Both the position numbers and the translations under genes were made by a program. The notes under the pieces are model-generated. The model was not told where the DNA came from. It saw nothing but the letters and a program-made list of their open reading frames with translations, and ran no database searches. 64,000 nt of DNA from Phoronis australis. Its lineage: Eukaryota; Animalia; Phoronida. Below are positions 34,201 through 48,260 of this stretch, in pieces (position 1 is the first letter of the stretch; each line of letters opens with the position of its first letter). The DNA lies in contig NMRA01000642.1 of NCBI GenBank assembly GCA_002633005.1, positions 124,001 to 188,000 on the forward strand, in the 5' to 3' direction.

Positions 34201-36100
34201 GGTAGACGATGTAACAGTAGATTTGGAAGCACAAAAGATTTGAAGAGAATTTCAAGATTATGGAGTTGAGAAGACGATTCTTAGTGAATTCCTTAATTTA
34301 TGTACTTTTTGAACGAATTCGCAACTGCAAGGAGTAAATGTAGGCTAGTTCATAGCAAGCTAATACGTTTATGTGTTTTAAGAATAACCTCCCCACTGAG
34401 TGGTAGATCCGGCATCGGATTTGTTTGAAAATTGAGCTTATGTCATTAGTGTTAAGATTGACACTATTTCAGTATGATATTTCATATTCTATTTGAGAGA
34501 CCAGTAAGACAGTTTGTTTAGTCCAGTTTGTAACTTAAAAGAGTAAAGAGGAGACTCGTTTGAGAATGGGTAGATAATTATATTGTCGTCAGAGTGTAAG
34601 AACGTTTTAGAATTAATTTGTCCTGAGAGATCTTTGATGCACAGTAAAAAGAGCTAACGGCCTAATGCGCAACCCTGTGGTACTCCTGCATGTATGTAAC
34701 CTGGGGCGGACAAGGGTGGTAACTGAGACACCCTCAATTTGGACTTTATAATTTCGGCATTAATCGAGGGGAGTGCCTGAGAAACCATAAGATTTTAATT
34801 TATGTATAAGTATCGGGGAACGGCATCAAATGCTGACGCAATGTCTAAAAATACGGATCTCTAAAACTGGAGGTGGGTTTAATGCAAAATTTCTGTAAGT
34901 TGCGACACAGTGCGGGTGCAAGGCATGTATCCAAATTGGTGACAATAGGTGAGGTTTTGTGACGAGAGGTGATCAAACATGTGCTGCTGAGAAGAGTTAT
35001 GGGGCGATAGTTGGCATTGTCTGTTTTGGGCTTCTATTTGTGTATTGGTATCATAAACCGAGTTTCCAGCCAGTAGAACATTTTCTATATTGAAGTATTG
35101 TGCTGTATAAAGTTGTCAGATTAGCTATATGCTCTCTTGATACTATCTTGATCATTTTATTAGTTAATAGACCGGTACCGTTGTCTTTGTTCTCGTCAAT
35201 ATTTAGCCTACAGTGTAGTTTTAAATCCCCGAATGGTTGGGTTGCTTGTCAAAAAGAGGTGTTCCAGTATTCTGTTTGGGAAATCGGGACAGTTTTTTGG
35301 TGGTGAAATGTAACTCTTGGAAGTGAAATACTTCAGAAATGGCGTACTTTTTAGCTTTGGATAACGCCTGAGTGTTGGCTTCCTTTGAATGAAACTGTTG
35401 GAGAATGATGACTGATTTACCTGTCCTCAAATTGTGTTTACTACATGTATATCCCAGTATTCCTTCGAGGTTTTGGATACATTGTTGATGTTGGAGATAA
35501 TTCTCATGTTATAATCTGGCTGCCCACGGGGAACTAGGACGCAAACTCGTCGCATTGACGTCGGTATATAGGCGTATCCATCGTTCAGTAATAAAGATGA
35601 TGGTAAAAAAATCGGCAACAGGTTGATGTGCCTAGAAGGTAAGATATCCGTGCCACCTGTATTGTTATATCCAACAAAAGAAAGCAATGGTAGCGTCCCA
35701 TAGGCGGTAACCATGCGGCGCGCTTAAGCCCGTTGCATGAATCGCGCAAGTTAAAGATTGCGAAATCCATACGACATCATTTGGCCTGGGCTTGTCCTTT
35801 TAATAAGTTATTCCACACTGTTGCAATGTTCGTTGTAAAACTTAAACGTGTATAAGTTATAAGATTAGTTTTCTGACCATTCTGCACAGTCTATTTCTTT
35901 TATTTATTTCACAGTTAATATTGTTTTCACGGTTGATGAGATTTTGTTATCAAGTGTGTTATAGAGTGACTATGATATTCATGAGCATTAGTATTTCTGC
36001 CCAGTCAAATGTTGTGTCGGTGTGAAGATTGTCTATGCTAGAGAGGCTGTAATTCCAGATATTTTTGATAATGTCGAGTTCTTTAGGTGAGCAATTAACT
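34200..36100 (-). mobile_element. Degenerate CR1/L2-type LINE reverse transcriptase
   Basis: Minus-strand GVPQGCALGPL followed by LHSDD (about 34580-34690), FLDIASAFD upstream; many stops and frameshifts. Confidence 0.8.
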
Positions 36101-37629
36101 ACATGTATGTGTATAGAGTCCTCGTTTTGTTTGTTTATGCTGTTGTCAGGCTGGAGGTCTTAGGTGCTATGTTTAAATTAACAAACCTCTTCTTTCTTAT
36201 TTTGTTTCACTTTGAAGGATGACCATCTGAGCGATGCTTATCCAACAACAGTCTCCAAATACTTGACTTTTGAACTACAGGAGCGCAATTATAGAGTCAG
36301 AAGTAATAATACGATATAGATACATGTACATGTATGAACAAAATGTGGACGGAAATTTCAGGGTCACTGAAAATTGTATAAGATGGTAGTCTCAGAAAAC
36401 TATACAGTTGTGACGAAACATTCGTCATGCACTTCTTTGGGAACCAACACAAGCCGTAATAATAACTACACACGGTCACACTTGCTTCTCACGTTGTATA
36501 CAAACCTGAAGGTCATAATGCAAGGAAATAGTTTGTTCCTAAAACTAGAAATCGAAAGAAAAAATAAATGAATATACAACACACCTACTAAAATTTGAAA
36601 ATGGTACAGAATATTTTTTGTACATATCCACAACTATACAGTGCATGGGTGCATTTGATATGAAATGAAAAGAAGTTCTCAAATACCAATTTTCTCTCCT
36701 ACTGTGAGTGAACTTTTTTCTCCATGCTTTGCGTTTAGCTGAACAGCCCAAGGATAGGACAGGCCCGTAGCCACGAGGGGGAGGGAGGGTTCGGGGGTTC
36801 GATCGAACACCCCCTCCGAGGAAAAAGTCCAGCCCTTGCCTATCCGATGAGAATACGATAGGGTTTACTATATTGACAAAATAAATGTTGTAACTACAGG
36901 TTCTACTAACCACAATCATAACCAAGTTAACAGTAATTTTGAATTTTCTTCTGATGTAAAGCGCTTTACATAATCATCGGGTCGTATCCGGCCCGAGTGG
37001 TGACTGCGTAGATGTTGAGTGGAGGAGGCTTTATGTTATTCATCGGCATTGAAAGAGCGTGGTCTCTACATCACAGGGTAGCGAGGAAGTCTAGAAATAA
37101 ATGCCAATGCCTAGCCCAAACTTTATGGCATCGAGAGAGATCCACAAAAGTAGTGCGGTGTTAATGCCTTTTAAATCGACCAAGAAACACAACAGCAGAA
37201 AATGGGTTTGTTATTTGCTACTTTGGTGTATTTTCTAGCATTGAGCATGGATAAAGTGCAGGCATTTTCAAATTTCGAATTTAAAGTGATCGCCAAATAT
37301 CTTGATCATCAAGTGACCACTTTGATTGTGGATTGGTGGATTGACATGCATGCGTGTACACGTGTGTGCGTTTCCGTTCTTTTAAATTCAGTACACAACG
37401 ACAGTACACTGACTACTCTGTCGTTTTTCAAAAATCAGACATTTAGATACCCCGTTTCCTTGCGCTGAAAAATCCCCGCATGTTCACATTATTTGGCAAG
37501 TCTAGACCTAATTAAAATTGGTTAATGAAGAAAGCCTTCTCTTGTCAGTCAATGTCAATGGTAAACAGCGTCACAGATTTCATACGAGCAACAATTTTGA
37601 TGGAAAATATTTCCAAGGTTACATGTACA

Positions 37630-38610
37630 TGACCGAAGGTTCACTTCTCCGAAGATTCGCTACCTTCAAAGGTTCACCACTCCCCGAATTCCGAAACCAG
37701 AACTGCAACATTTCATTTCTCTGATTTTCTGATAATAATTCAGAACTGAAAATGAAAAAGGTATTGTATTTGTGTCTATTTAGTAACCATTGAAAGGGTG
37801 TGCAAGAGTTGGATAGTCCGAAAAGGTTTATTTACATTGTTTACAAAAGAGTTCAGTTCCAATCACTGGCAATCTTGATTCTTGAATCCAACTAAAGACT
37901 CATTCTCAATTAGGGACGATATGTGAAGCACGGGTCCAGCGACCGTCACGGCGGTTTTAAATATAAAAAAACTGAATGAGACTTCGAGAAGGGTAGCTTA
38001 CTAACTACATTTCGTTTCAATCCGGCCGTGCGAGTAGTTCTGGTGGGCGAGGTCGAAGCGCAGCGGCCTCAAACTTTTTTGTCGCGTTGTGAGATGATGC
38101 GATCTTGACTTGAAATACATATAGTTGAATGTATCGTGGTCGATAATTCAACAACCTTCCTACTTCATATTCTTTTAGAAATGCAAGTCCGTACTCATTT
38201 TTTCGCATTCGTAAGACATGCGGACAATATTTCACATACACATGGAATCCAAACAAAGTGATTTATTAGCCGGGTGTATTGTTGTCGGTATAGTTGCATC
38301 TAATAACCGATGTGTCGATTATTTTTGCATGTAAAAGTACAGCAATTACAGCTGATTCAGAAATTTTAGACATTTTCGGAGAAGTGAACTTTCGGAGTGG
38401 CGAACCTTCGAAGTGGTGAACCTTCGGAACAGTGAACCGGCGGAATAGTGGGCAGTTCCCATTTCCAGCAATGTAAGCAACTTTTAACAAAAATACGATA
38501 ACAAATTACATCAAGTCATTCTTCGACTTAATATTTCCATCGGAGTATGTGATGAGGTGTAATCACTCATTTAAAAATGCCCGATTTGAAGGTTTGGCTG
38601 CACGTAACGC
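37630..38610. mobile_element. Non-autonomous DNA-transposon-like repeat with inverted 15-bp CCGAAGGTTCAC subrepeat arrays
   Basis: Subrepeats on + at 37632-37695 face inverted copies at 38385-38445; the right part is homologous to 31490-31895. Confidence 0.55.
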
Positions 38611-38935
38611 CCTGTGGAGAATTTCTCGCTTAAATTGGTCACCACTCAGATTCCCTTTGCCCCAGACAAATTTTATGATACCTATTCAGCTCGCCCTTTG
38701 TATTGATGTAGATTGGAGCTAATGAAGTCGAAAAGTAGTAGCTAGCACTAATGTCTCAAGAATGATGGTTGTTAGTACACCCAAATTAGTGTCCTCTGGT
38801 ATTTGCACAAAGTTACAGCCTGCGACCGTAGAGAGTAGTTTTAACTTGGTACATTTTGAATATTACAAAATGACTAAAAAATTTTTATTGATGTTTATCT
38901 TGATCATAGACAGCTTCCAAAAAGAACGATGGTTT

Positions 38936-39481
38936 TAAATGTTTCATACTGGTTTATGTTATTTTATTTTAGTACTTTTTATCAGGAACGGGTTGATATT
39001 TTTTTATTTTATTTTTAAACTTGGAGTACGAGAAACAGTAGTAGTTTTGATAACCAGCAAAACTTAATTAGTTTACTTAATTGTGAACCCATCCCTGAAC
39101 TTTCCAGATTGCAGGTACACTAAACATTTCACAGCGGACAAAACCACACGTGTTAATAGTTCAAGTTTAAAATCTTTATTAAAACTCAAATCAAGAAACG
39201 TATACAAAAGTGAAAATGGTGACAGCCAAACTGAAGATTTGGAATCTCTGGACGATTTTGTTTGTACTAACTATATAACTAATTTCGCTTTTTGTCAGCC
39301 ATAAAAGTATAGAGTGGACACAAGTTAAATACAGCAGCTTCCTAGTCAAAAATCTGGTTAAACGAGATTGAAAGAATATTAAAAGAATAATCCATGTGAT
39401 ATATTGATAACTCTGAACAGCGTTTGTAAATACCCTGATTGTATCGATACGCACACTCGTTTATCTTCAATCTTGCCCAAT
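38936..39481 (+). repeat. Direct repeat of about 540 bp, copy 1 (copy 2 at 43031-43572)
   Basis: Colinear match from ttaaatgtttcatac to atcttrcccaatg with moderate divergence. Confidence 0.9.
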
Positions 39482-39916
39482 GTTTCTACAGTACAGCCAC
39501 TGAATTTTTAGACTTCGTCCGGGTTCCCTCACGCCTGGCCAGACGGGAGCGCAACCGGAACGCACACATGACAGAAATCAGTCACGGTCGCCTCACGCCT
39601 ACTCTCCGGGTAGTCCTCACGCTTACCTCCGGTTTAGTTCACGCTTTCCTCAGGCTTTCTTCACGCCTTCGGTACCTGTGGTAACTATGGTATGGCACCG
39701 GGCTAATCAATAAAAATACATGTAACGTCTTGATTGCCTGTCGTTTCGGACAAGTTGCAAAGACATTATAGTATATTATAGAGTATCTTTGCAAGCAGTC
39801 ATCTCTCTCATTTGGGTTGCGACTAACTTTGTAATTCCACGTGTTTTTCATACAAACGTCTTCCCTCAGCTCATCTTGTGATACGGTTACATGTACATTT
39901 TCTATTTACGACTTAA

Positions 39917-42900
39917 GAGCCAGTCCCATCAACGACATACATGTACAGTAACCACGGTTGGTAAATACGAATATACGCGACCCAATGTCCAGAGTCGTCT
40001 TTACATGGCTGTGGACTCCTTAAAACTTGTCACAGCTGTATATGGTTAATTTGCCCTAAATATAGCCTACGCATCTTGTGAAGTATTGTGTCACTCCGTA
40101 AATTTTTGCACCGCACTGGCGTACAGAAAATTTCAATAGGCCGCCATTCTGACATACCCATTCCTTACTGCAAGGAAATGTTTTGACTAAAATGTCCTCA
40201 ATCCGTAGTGCAGTTTAATTATTTGTAGCCCCCTCCCCGTAGTACATGCGTTTCGACTGAGTTCACAGTATCCCCGGGGTAATTCTTCACCAAAATAATA
40301 ATAGCAGTAATCTGTTTGACTCGTCAAATGCATGGGCACGATCGTTTTCTCCGCATGAAGCCGGAACTTGGGATCAATGTGCTCAGAATTGACATGATAT
40401 GCTCCTTCATATCGTGAAGACAATTGAATATTTCCGCCATGTACAAGCGTGTTAAGATTCTTTATTAGTTTATATTAAAAACAAATAATTATATATAAGT
40501 GAAAAGTAGAGTCCACTGGTCTGTTTTCTGAAGTGACTTAAGAGTGAAGTACGGCTCACAGCAGGCAAAAATGCCCAGAGGGGTGATAAACCCAATGTCA
40601 TCGATTTGAACCATACTATGCATTTTAGTTACCTTTGGGATGATAAACAAAACAGTAAAGTCCAATCTCATTTTACCTTGTTTAAGTGGGAGAAATCAGG
40701 GAGCCTCTATTTTGGGGGTATGCCATGCAATGAACTCGCCGAAAATGCCTTATTTGCACTGCACAATAAAAAGTATCGGCGCACGAGATCATTAATTGTT
40801 TGTAATGTTTAAATAAAGCAAGTCTTCGACTTTATAAAGATGTTAAACAATACTCATTTACTCTGCCGCTAAGTTAAAAATTTCAGGCATAAAGTATAGA
40901 GGGGTCAGAGGTTAACAAGGCATTGCAATTTCGCCAAACTTTGAGTCCGTATATCTCAGCTGGCACAACACTGATCAACACCAGACTTTTACACAAGACG
41001 TTTCTATCTTATTGCTGTTGATNCACCAAAATGCGATTCACTTAACATCACAGGTGAACACTTTCCCAGTGGGTTCTCGTAATGTTTTCTCCATTTTGGC
41101 ACTTCGGAGGATGAACGTTTTTACCTGACTTATCTCCTTCATCGAATATGTTCGTCGGAAAGTTTTTAACCTTTGCTGAAAATCTTGTTGACCTTTTACC
41201 TTTTTTCAATGCCTAACCTATTGCTTCAGCATTCGTCTCATCCAAATAGTACTCTGGGGCTGCGTCAAATGACGCTCCGGTTCTTGCATCTGAAAGCATT
41301 TCTGACCACTGTCGTGCGATGTGGTCATACGTGGTTTCCTTCTGTAAATGTTCAGTGTGGTTACCCACATCCAAATGCCGACCTAGTTCTGCGTCTGTAG
41401 CAAACAAAATTCGAGTAACCTTTCTGGATTCAAGGGAACTTTTGTTGAGGCTCTTCACTAGATACAATGCCAACCTTAAGTCTTGGTGTTGAAAATCCGC
41501 CATGTCTAGATATGTTAAAGTATTTTAGAGAAATAGGTTTCCCATTTTCTCAGTATTTGTAAGAACTTACCGTCACCTACACGGAATGCTTTCCACACGC
41601 GAATTCCTTGGGTGGAATAGTGGGAATTTAGGAATGTGCTTATACCAGGAACTGAGTAGTTTGGAAAAGACTTGCATTGACTAAACATGCATACACATAA
41701 CATCCCTTCACACGGCCACTGGAAAGTAGTGCTTCTTTCAAATCCAGAAACTTTATGATATTTTTACTTTCGGCTACAAAGTACTTTGCATGTTGTTTGA
41801 GTGTAAGGAACTTGTGATCACAGAGATCCTTTCCACTCTGACTCTCACTAAAGTCATATCTCGAAACAGAAATGCCTGTAGAATTTGACAAGGCTGCTAC
41901 TTTCAGGAGGAGAGGAGCAGAGTAGTGACATCCGGCATTACCTGACTCTTCCATGACTGGTCCTGTTCAGTCAGAAATTCACCGACTCTGGGTAGTACGA
42001 GTCCGTACTCTGGCAAAGGCCTTGCTTTGTGAGGTAGTTTCCTATATCTCAAATGTTCAGTGATGTCTTTGACATAACTCACTAAAGCACCAAGGTTTTG
42101 TGATTTTTTGCAGAGTAAACTCTAAAGGAACTTGAAGGCCCATCGACATCGTCCGCCATTTTGTCTTTTTAAAATGCACTTGCTTCTCTCAACACCAGTC
42201 ATTACAAATATCAATTCTTACTCGTTTAATGTTAAAGGCATTTATTTCCATTTAAAATTTCTACAGAGTGTTTAAATTAAGCTGATTATGTAAAAGAAAT
42301 GAAAGAATACAAGAGGGTTACACGTACATTTTTATATATCCTCAAGCTTAACCTCAACTGATTCCCTCAGTGGGCAAAGGTCATCGGGTTCAGTTTTGAT
42401 ATTAGTCGCGTAATAAACCCGAAAAACATCTTTTTTCATTTGAAAGCGTTTAGACTTGGTTTCTATAACTATTTAAAGCAGACTTCTTGTGGTCTGTAAA
42501 CTCTGCTCATCATTTCCAAACTATGAAAATAGACAGTTTTGCAAGACAATTTTCACAAAAGTGCAAAGTTGAGGTAAGATTTTTTATTGCTCAGTCATCA
42601 AGACTAACTCTTAAACTACATGTATATGTTCAAAACGCCGCATAAGGCTACAAGGTGTTTTATGACAGTAAGAAGGTCACAAAAATGGCCACTAAAATTA
42701 GCCCCAAAAAGTGTTCTGTGGATTATCTCCCCTGTCTAGCACAAAACTGTTATTTCAGCCACTAAAACATAGCTTTTGATCTATTTTGTATGTTACTCAT
42801 TTTTGTTGCTGAAAACATGCGATTTTTGAGACGGCTAATATGCCCAATTGTGCCAATTTGTGTTATCTTGCTCCAGCGGCGAAATTAGGGGTCAATGAGT

Positions 42901-43030
42901 GCACAAAATTTGGCATTTGGGTTTTTGTTAGGGTACCTACCCATGTATAAAAAATGAAGTTGTTTTAAATGTTGACGTATAGACTGATTTTTGAAAATCT
43001 ACTGGTTTTTACATGTATATGGACTGCCTC
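39917..43030 (-). mobile_element. Degenerate Sola3-like DNA transposon
   Basis: TTAA on both flanks and GAG...CTC termini (GAGCCAGTCC / GGACTGCCTC). Frameshifted transposase fragments at 41170-41960 (SGNAGCHYS, RYDFSESQSGKDLCD, GIRVWKAFRVGDGK). Confidence 0.7.
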
Positions 43031-43572
43031 TTAAATGTTTCATACCGGTTTATGTTATTTTATTTTAGTATTTTTTTACCAGGAACGGATTGATATATTT
43101 TTTATTTTATTTTTAAATTTGAAGTACCAGAAACAGTAGTAGATTTGATAACCAGCGAAACTTAATTAGTTTAGTTAATTGTGAAGCCATCCCTGAACTT
43201 TCCAGATTGCAGCTAAACTAAACATTTCACAGCGGACAAAACCCCATGTCATTGGTCAAGTTTAATCTTTTTTAGAACTCAAATCAAAAATTTATACAAA
43301 AGTGTAAATGGTGATAATCAAACTGAAGATTTGGAATCTCTGGACGATTTCGGTTGCACTAACTTTATAACAAGTCTAGCTTTTTTCAGCCATAAAAATA
43401 TAGAGTGGGCACAAGTTAAATACAATAGTTTCCTAGTCAAAAATCTGGTTAAACGAAATTGAAAGAATATTAAAAGAATAATCCATGTGATGTATTGATA
43501 ACTCTGATCAGCGTTTGTAAATCCCCCGATTGTATCGATACGCACACTCGTTTATCTTCAATCTTACCCAAT
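43031..43572 (+). repeat. Direct repeat of about 540 bp, copy 2
   Basis: Starts exactly at the right TTAA of the Sola3-like element. Confidence 0.9.
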
Positions 43573-45953
43573 GCTTCTAGATTTTAGCTTTTTAAGTTCA
43601 TCGATTTTTAAAAATCGAAAACCTTACTTGCTTGTTTTTTTCCAGCTGAATACCGCCGTAGTATTCATTTTTAACGAAAATTATTGATGAATGCAATTTG
43701 AAAATTCGCCATTGTGTACAGGCAGTGATGATTACGACAGCGTGTGGTCGGGTAATAACACTTAATTGGGTCTTGCGGTCAACACAACGTATCCGACACG
43801 GGCACCGCAATTTCTTTGATCCTGTTGAAACAAGGAAGGGCGGTGAAACTTTCTGCTTTTCTTTAGAAATGGGTGACTTCTTTGTAAGGGTATTATTCAC
43901 GGTATGGCGAAAACGATAGGTTATATTTAAGGATCACATTACGTCCGAATTTGATTCCTGTTGTTTGCGAGCAATCGTCACGACATCCTCGTTTCTGGTA
44001 ATACAAATTCTGTCATATCTCAGTAACATAGAGCTGAGAGCCATCGTTGCCATGGATACAGATTTCTCTTTCCCATTATTAACCTGCGTCAAGCGCCTTA
44101 CCAAGAACTCGAGTGTTTATGCTTGCAAAAGGTCCACCTTTCTAGAAATTCGAACCACCCCCGGCCCAATGCAGGCTACGGGCCTGGAAGTTCGTGTTTA
44201 AAAAATAACTTTGACAAGACCCTGCTAATATGCTAAACCTTAAAAAATTGTCCCATGTCGTCACTTGCAGTTGTTGCAAATAACACTGGTCAGGAATCTT
44301 ACCCACATGAAATTATTCGAAAGTTTATACAAGTTTCATGAAAGCAAAAAATCAAGATAATTACATGTACAAAAAGAAAGTAGTACTCGTTTACATTTAC
44401 CTACAATACAGTGTAGTTCGTTTCTCCTCCTCATGGTATCGATCGTATTATAATTATGTTTGAGAAGCAAATGTAACATGTAAAATTACAAGCATAGTAA
44501 GTGGGCCCAAAGGTGATTAGTGCAGTTTCCTTCCGACCTGCCGACGCATCTCATGCGGGATAGGGTTGAGTGAGGGGAAAACAAGTAATATAGTAAGCAG
44601 CCGACATAACGACACACCTCAGAGGTGACAAGTTTGCGTTAGGGGATATTTAAGAATATGTTAGCAGTCATTTTCATCACGCTAGTCATTGCAACTAATC
44701 AGTGTAATTAATACATGGTGAGGGTATACTCATATTCGATCTAATCGATGTTTGATGCAGTAACATTACGATTTGCTAGCAAAATAAACAAACCTCCGGC
44801 ATTAGATACGCAAACTGTCATGTTTGGCTTCCAGGATTGTAACAGTTATATTATCAATCTTATTCTCGTTCTTGCAAAGTACCATATTCACTTATGTCGC
44901 TATAAATAGCGTCTATCCGTTTTCAGCAATTAAAGGCAGAAGTGGCAAATTATTTCAAAATTAAAAAGAAATATCCATTGCCAGAACACCCCAAAATTTT
45001 AGACCGATGGGGAGCTATTATCACAATAAAATTTCACAACTATATTTGAGATATGAAAATAAACGTATTAAAAAGAATTGCTATACTTAGTAGTCTCAAA
45101 TTATTCAATAATACACATAAGTTACAATAATAAATACAGTAATGGGTTCAATATATAAAAATATGTACACTATCTGGATAACACCAAAACTTAAAAACTT
45201 ATTTCCGCGGAAATACAGCTGTAACTCACCTTGTTCAATGGAATTATTTCAGGATCGCTCTTTGAAGGATTGGAACCCATCGGGAATCACGCTCGTTTTC
45301 ACTAAAGTATGTTTACGTGCTGCCCGTAAGCAAGGAGCAATGGCACTGTGCATAACAAAGTAAAGTAGTAGTTAATGTGTTATTTATGTACACCGCTGCT
45401 ACGTACTGCTGTTTGTCTGTCGCTTAGTACATCTGGCCGTGGCAGAAATGCATACGGGACTTAAGCCCCATGTCTAGCCTCGTTGTGGGTGAATTGAAAA
45501 CCTGGTACATGTAGCTAACGCTGCCTATAGGCGACAATTCCGGGTTCATTGGAAGAGTAATCTGAAACCGCTGCCAAAGATTTCGATGAGCTACATGTAT
45601 GTGAGACCGGTCATACAGTTCATGTGATTTTTTTCACGGCTCTTACATTTTGTTCGTGCATAATGTTGAGGGTACATGTAAGTCAAGTGTTGTCAACATA
45701 AGTCATCGATTTTCTTGGAAAACGACTCACGAGTCACATCCTCGGCTCAGCGGGTTGAATTCTCAGTGCTGCTGGTTTTTTTCGTCGGCTAAGTGCAGTC
45801 TCATTAATTTTGCAGATTTTAAATTATTTTTAACTTCATTAAAAAAAAAAACAGTGCAGGTGGTCTGATGTCATTTGCGGTGCATCAGACGTGCGCAGGC
45901 CTCATGGTTGGGCCCATTGCACAAAACACCTGAGCAAAGGCACGAGACCCCAA

Positions 45954-46955
45954 TTATGGCTCCTCGTGAAGAAAGTTTTCAAGTCTGCCAGTCTCCTTTA
46001 GGAAAACGGACAGACGTTTCCATTTGTTGCCATGCACTATATGTTGTAGGCATGTAACAATGCCATCCAGTAGGTTGCTCCTTAGCCTATAAAAAGCTGG
46101 GCAAGACTCTACCAGGTGTTTAGGAGATTCTACGTCAGTACCACACTCGGGACACACAGGGCTCCTCATATGCCCAGTAATGTGTCTGTGTCGGGCTAGG
46201 TTGCAGTGGCCCGTCAAAATTTGAATGACGTGTCTTATACCCAATCTATCTAGACTCAGAAGGCTTTTTGAACCTTTTGGTTCGATCACGTTGGGAAAAT
46301 TCTCCTTGGTTTCTCGGCAGGAGTTAAGTGATGCCCACTGGGCTGCTGACTGGGTATGTACCCAGTTGCGTATACTCATCCTGCAACATCCGTAAGATAC
46401 CGGGATAGCAGGTTCAGGCACAAAATGCAGAACGCTTGCTCCTATCTTTGCGAGTCTGTCTGCATTCTCATTGCCATCAATTCCCACATGGGCCCTGACC
46501 CAGCGTATATTGACGGTTCTTTCAATTGCAAGCTTGTTAAGCTCATTAATACAAGCATTAACACAACGAGAGTTGACCCTTAGTTTCTTTAGGGCTTTTA
46601 TTGCTGCCTGGCTATCTGAAAAGATGATAATTGGCCGATTGCCAAGTTCAGTGTTATATTGTTGTGCCAATTGAGCAGCTCTATTAATTGCAGTGATCTC
46701 AGCCTGAAACACCGTGGCAAGATTGCCCAACGATACCCAGTTTTCTGCATCTGCAACAGGAAGGCTTGGAAAGTAGACCCCAGCACCTGTCTGGCCATTT
46801 TCCAGTTTAGAGCCGTCCGTATAACAAACCACCTCATTCTTGTGTTCTGCGGTAGGCCATCCATCGCCAATTTCCGTGAAGAAATTGTTTGTATGATTTA
46901 AAGTTGTGACCTGGACATCACTAGGCATGTTCCATAGTTGCCCAGTCTTGGCCAT
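45954..46955 (-). mobile_element. 5'-truncated non-LTR retrotransposon: intact RNase H domain and C-terminal CCHC zinc knuckle (R1/LOA/I-group-like)
   Basis: 333-aa ORF with YTDGSK, TVFQAEITAI, FSDSQAA, WVRAHVGIDGNENADRLAK, LTGH, CPECG...HLVESCP. Confidence 0.92.
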
Positions 46956-46989
46956 TAGCTTATTGCAAACATTCCTTTGGCTTCCGTGT

Positions 46990-48260
46990 GCAACGGATTA
47001 CAATTAAATCAGTAGTTTACGGTGTCTTACACTGGCAAGGCAAATCTTTACCAGATGTTGATTCTCGGCTTCCACGCTCATTTGGGACAACATGAACATG
47101 TCGTGGCTTGTTACACTGTAGGTTGCAGTGTCCAGTAATAACCTGGATGATAGCAAGCCTACCTTAACGTAACAGTTTCTTTGAACCTCAACGATATTAA
47201 CTTGTATTGACATCTGGAATTCCTTACCATTCAAAATAAAAGAAAGCACTTCAATCGTCACTCTCAAGAATAAAAAATGCATACCACTACTCCAGATTTG
47301 CCAGTCCCATTGACATCATTCCAACTTCCCTGCAACCATGAAATAACCCTATACAGATCAAGATGTGGTCTATTCCTAAACAACGAGAAATTTAGACATA
47401 ATTTTAATAATATTTTGCCTCTGTGTTCCTGTGGAAATACCAAGACATATCCTCATGTTTTCTTTGCTTGTGAAGTATGCAAGGAGGAGAGGGTACAGCT
47501 CTTCCAGGCACTCGAACAATACCCCAATGTTTATAAAAGTATTCTGAAATTCCGCAATTGTACAACAAAATTAATTTCTTTCTATATGGATGTCAAGAAC
47601 TTAACTCAAACGAAAATAAGGTTTTATTTGAAATAGTATCAGAATTTCTTTATAACATTAAATCTCTCTGTGTGAGTGGATAGACTTTTATTAATATGTA
47701 TGAAAATGAATTATTTTCATTCGTTGTCACATATCATTGTATTCTTAACATCAGTTTTTTATTTTTTATGTATTCGTATATAATAATTGTATATAGACTT
47801 TTTCGTATTTTTTTACCCAGATCTAATGCCTCTTGGCGCTTTCTGTGTTATGTATATCCATTGAAATCTGAAGATTTCGAAATAAACATTAAAAAAATTT
47901 TAAAAAAGTTTCTTTGAACCTTTTGATTCAATAGGACTTAGAAATATTTGTTTGGTTTGTTCCAGACGGAGAGCTGCCTCTACATATACATCCACGGATA
48001 GTTTTCGCAACCATGCAGTGCCTTTCCTTTGCTGACCCAAGCTGGAAATAAAACAAATTGCCCACGGTAGACGATGAAATGTTGGAGCAAGAGGGCAGAT
48101 CGTGGTGAAATAGGCCTCGTCGTGTTTTCATCAAAGTATGAAGAACTGGTCCACTTTCTATGCAGAAATTTAAGTTCGTTCCCACTGCCTGAGTTTTCTT
48201 ACATTTCTTTGTTTAGACCTGAGACCTCCTGGTCATTTTCTCCGCGGATGTTTTGTAAAT
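46990..48260 (-). mobile_element. Older degenerate copy of the same RNase H LINE 3' region, split by an insertion
   Basis: Removing 47189-47921 rejoins IESKGSKKLLR*GRLAIIQVITGHCNL, matching VIEPKGSKSLLSLDRLGIRHVIQILTGHCNL of the neighbouring ORF. Confidence 0.7.
47189..47906 (+). mobile_element. 5'-truncated CR1/L2-group LINE insertion with a 15-bp TSD
   Basis: TSD AGTTTCTTTGAACCT at 47174-47188 and 47907-47921; WNSLP and CSCG...HVFFAC motifs; AATAAA at 47881 and an A-rich tail. Confidence 0.88.

Noticed and set aside
36760-44187. CAGGCCCGTAG...CTACGGGCCTG as the two ends of one 7.4-kb element
   Set aside because: The flanks (tagga / gaagt) give no TSD; more likely ends of separate truncated copies.
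45954-46955. Host RNase H1 gene
   Set aside because: No introns or hybrid-binding domain, and it ends in the LTGH plus CCHC knuckle typical of LINE ORF2.
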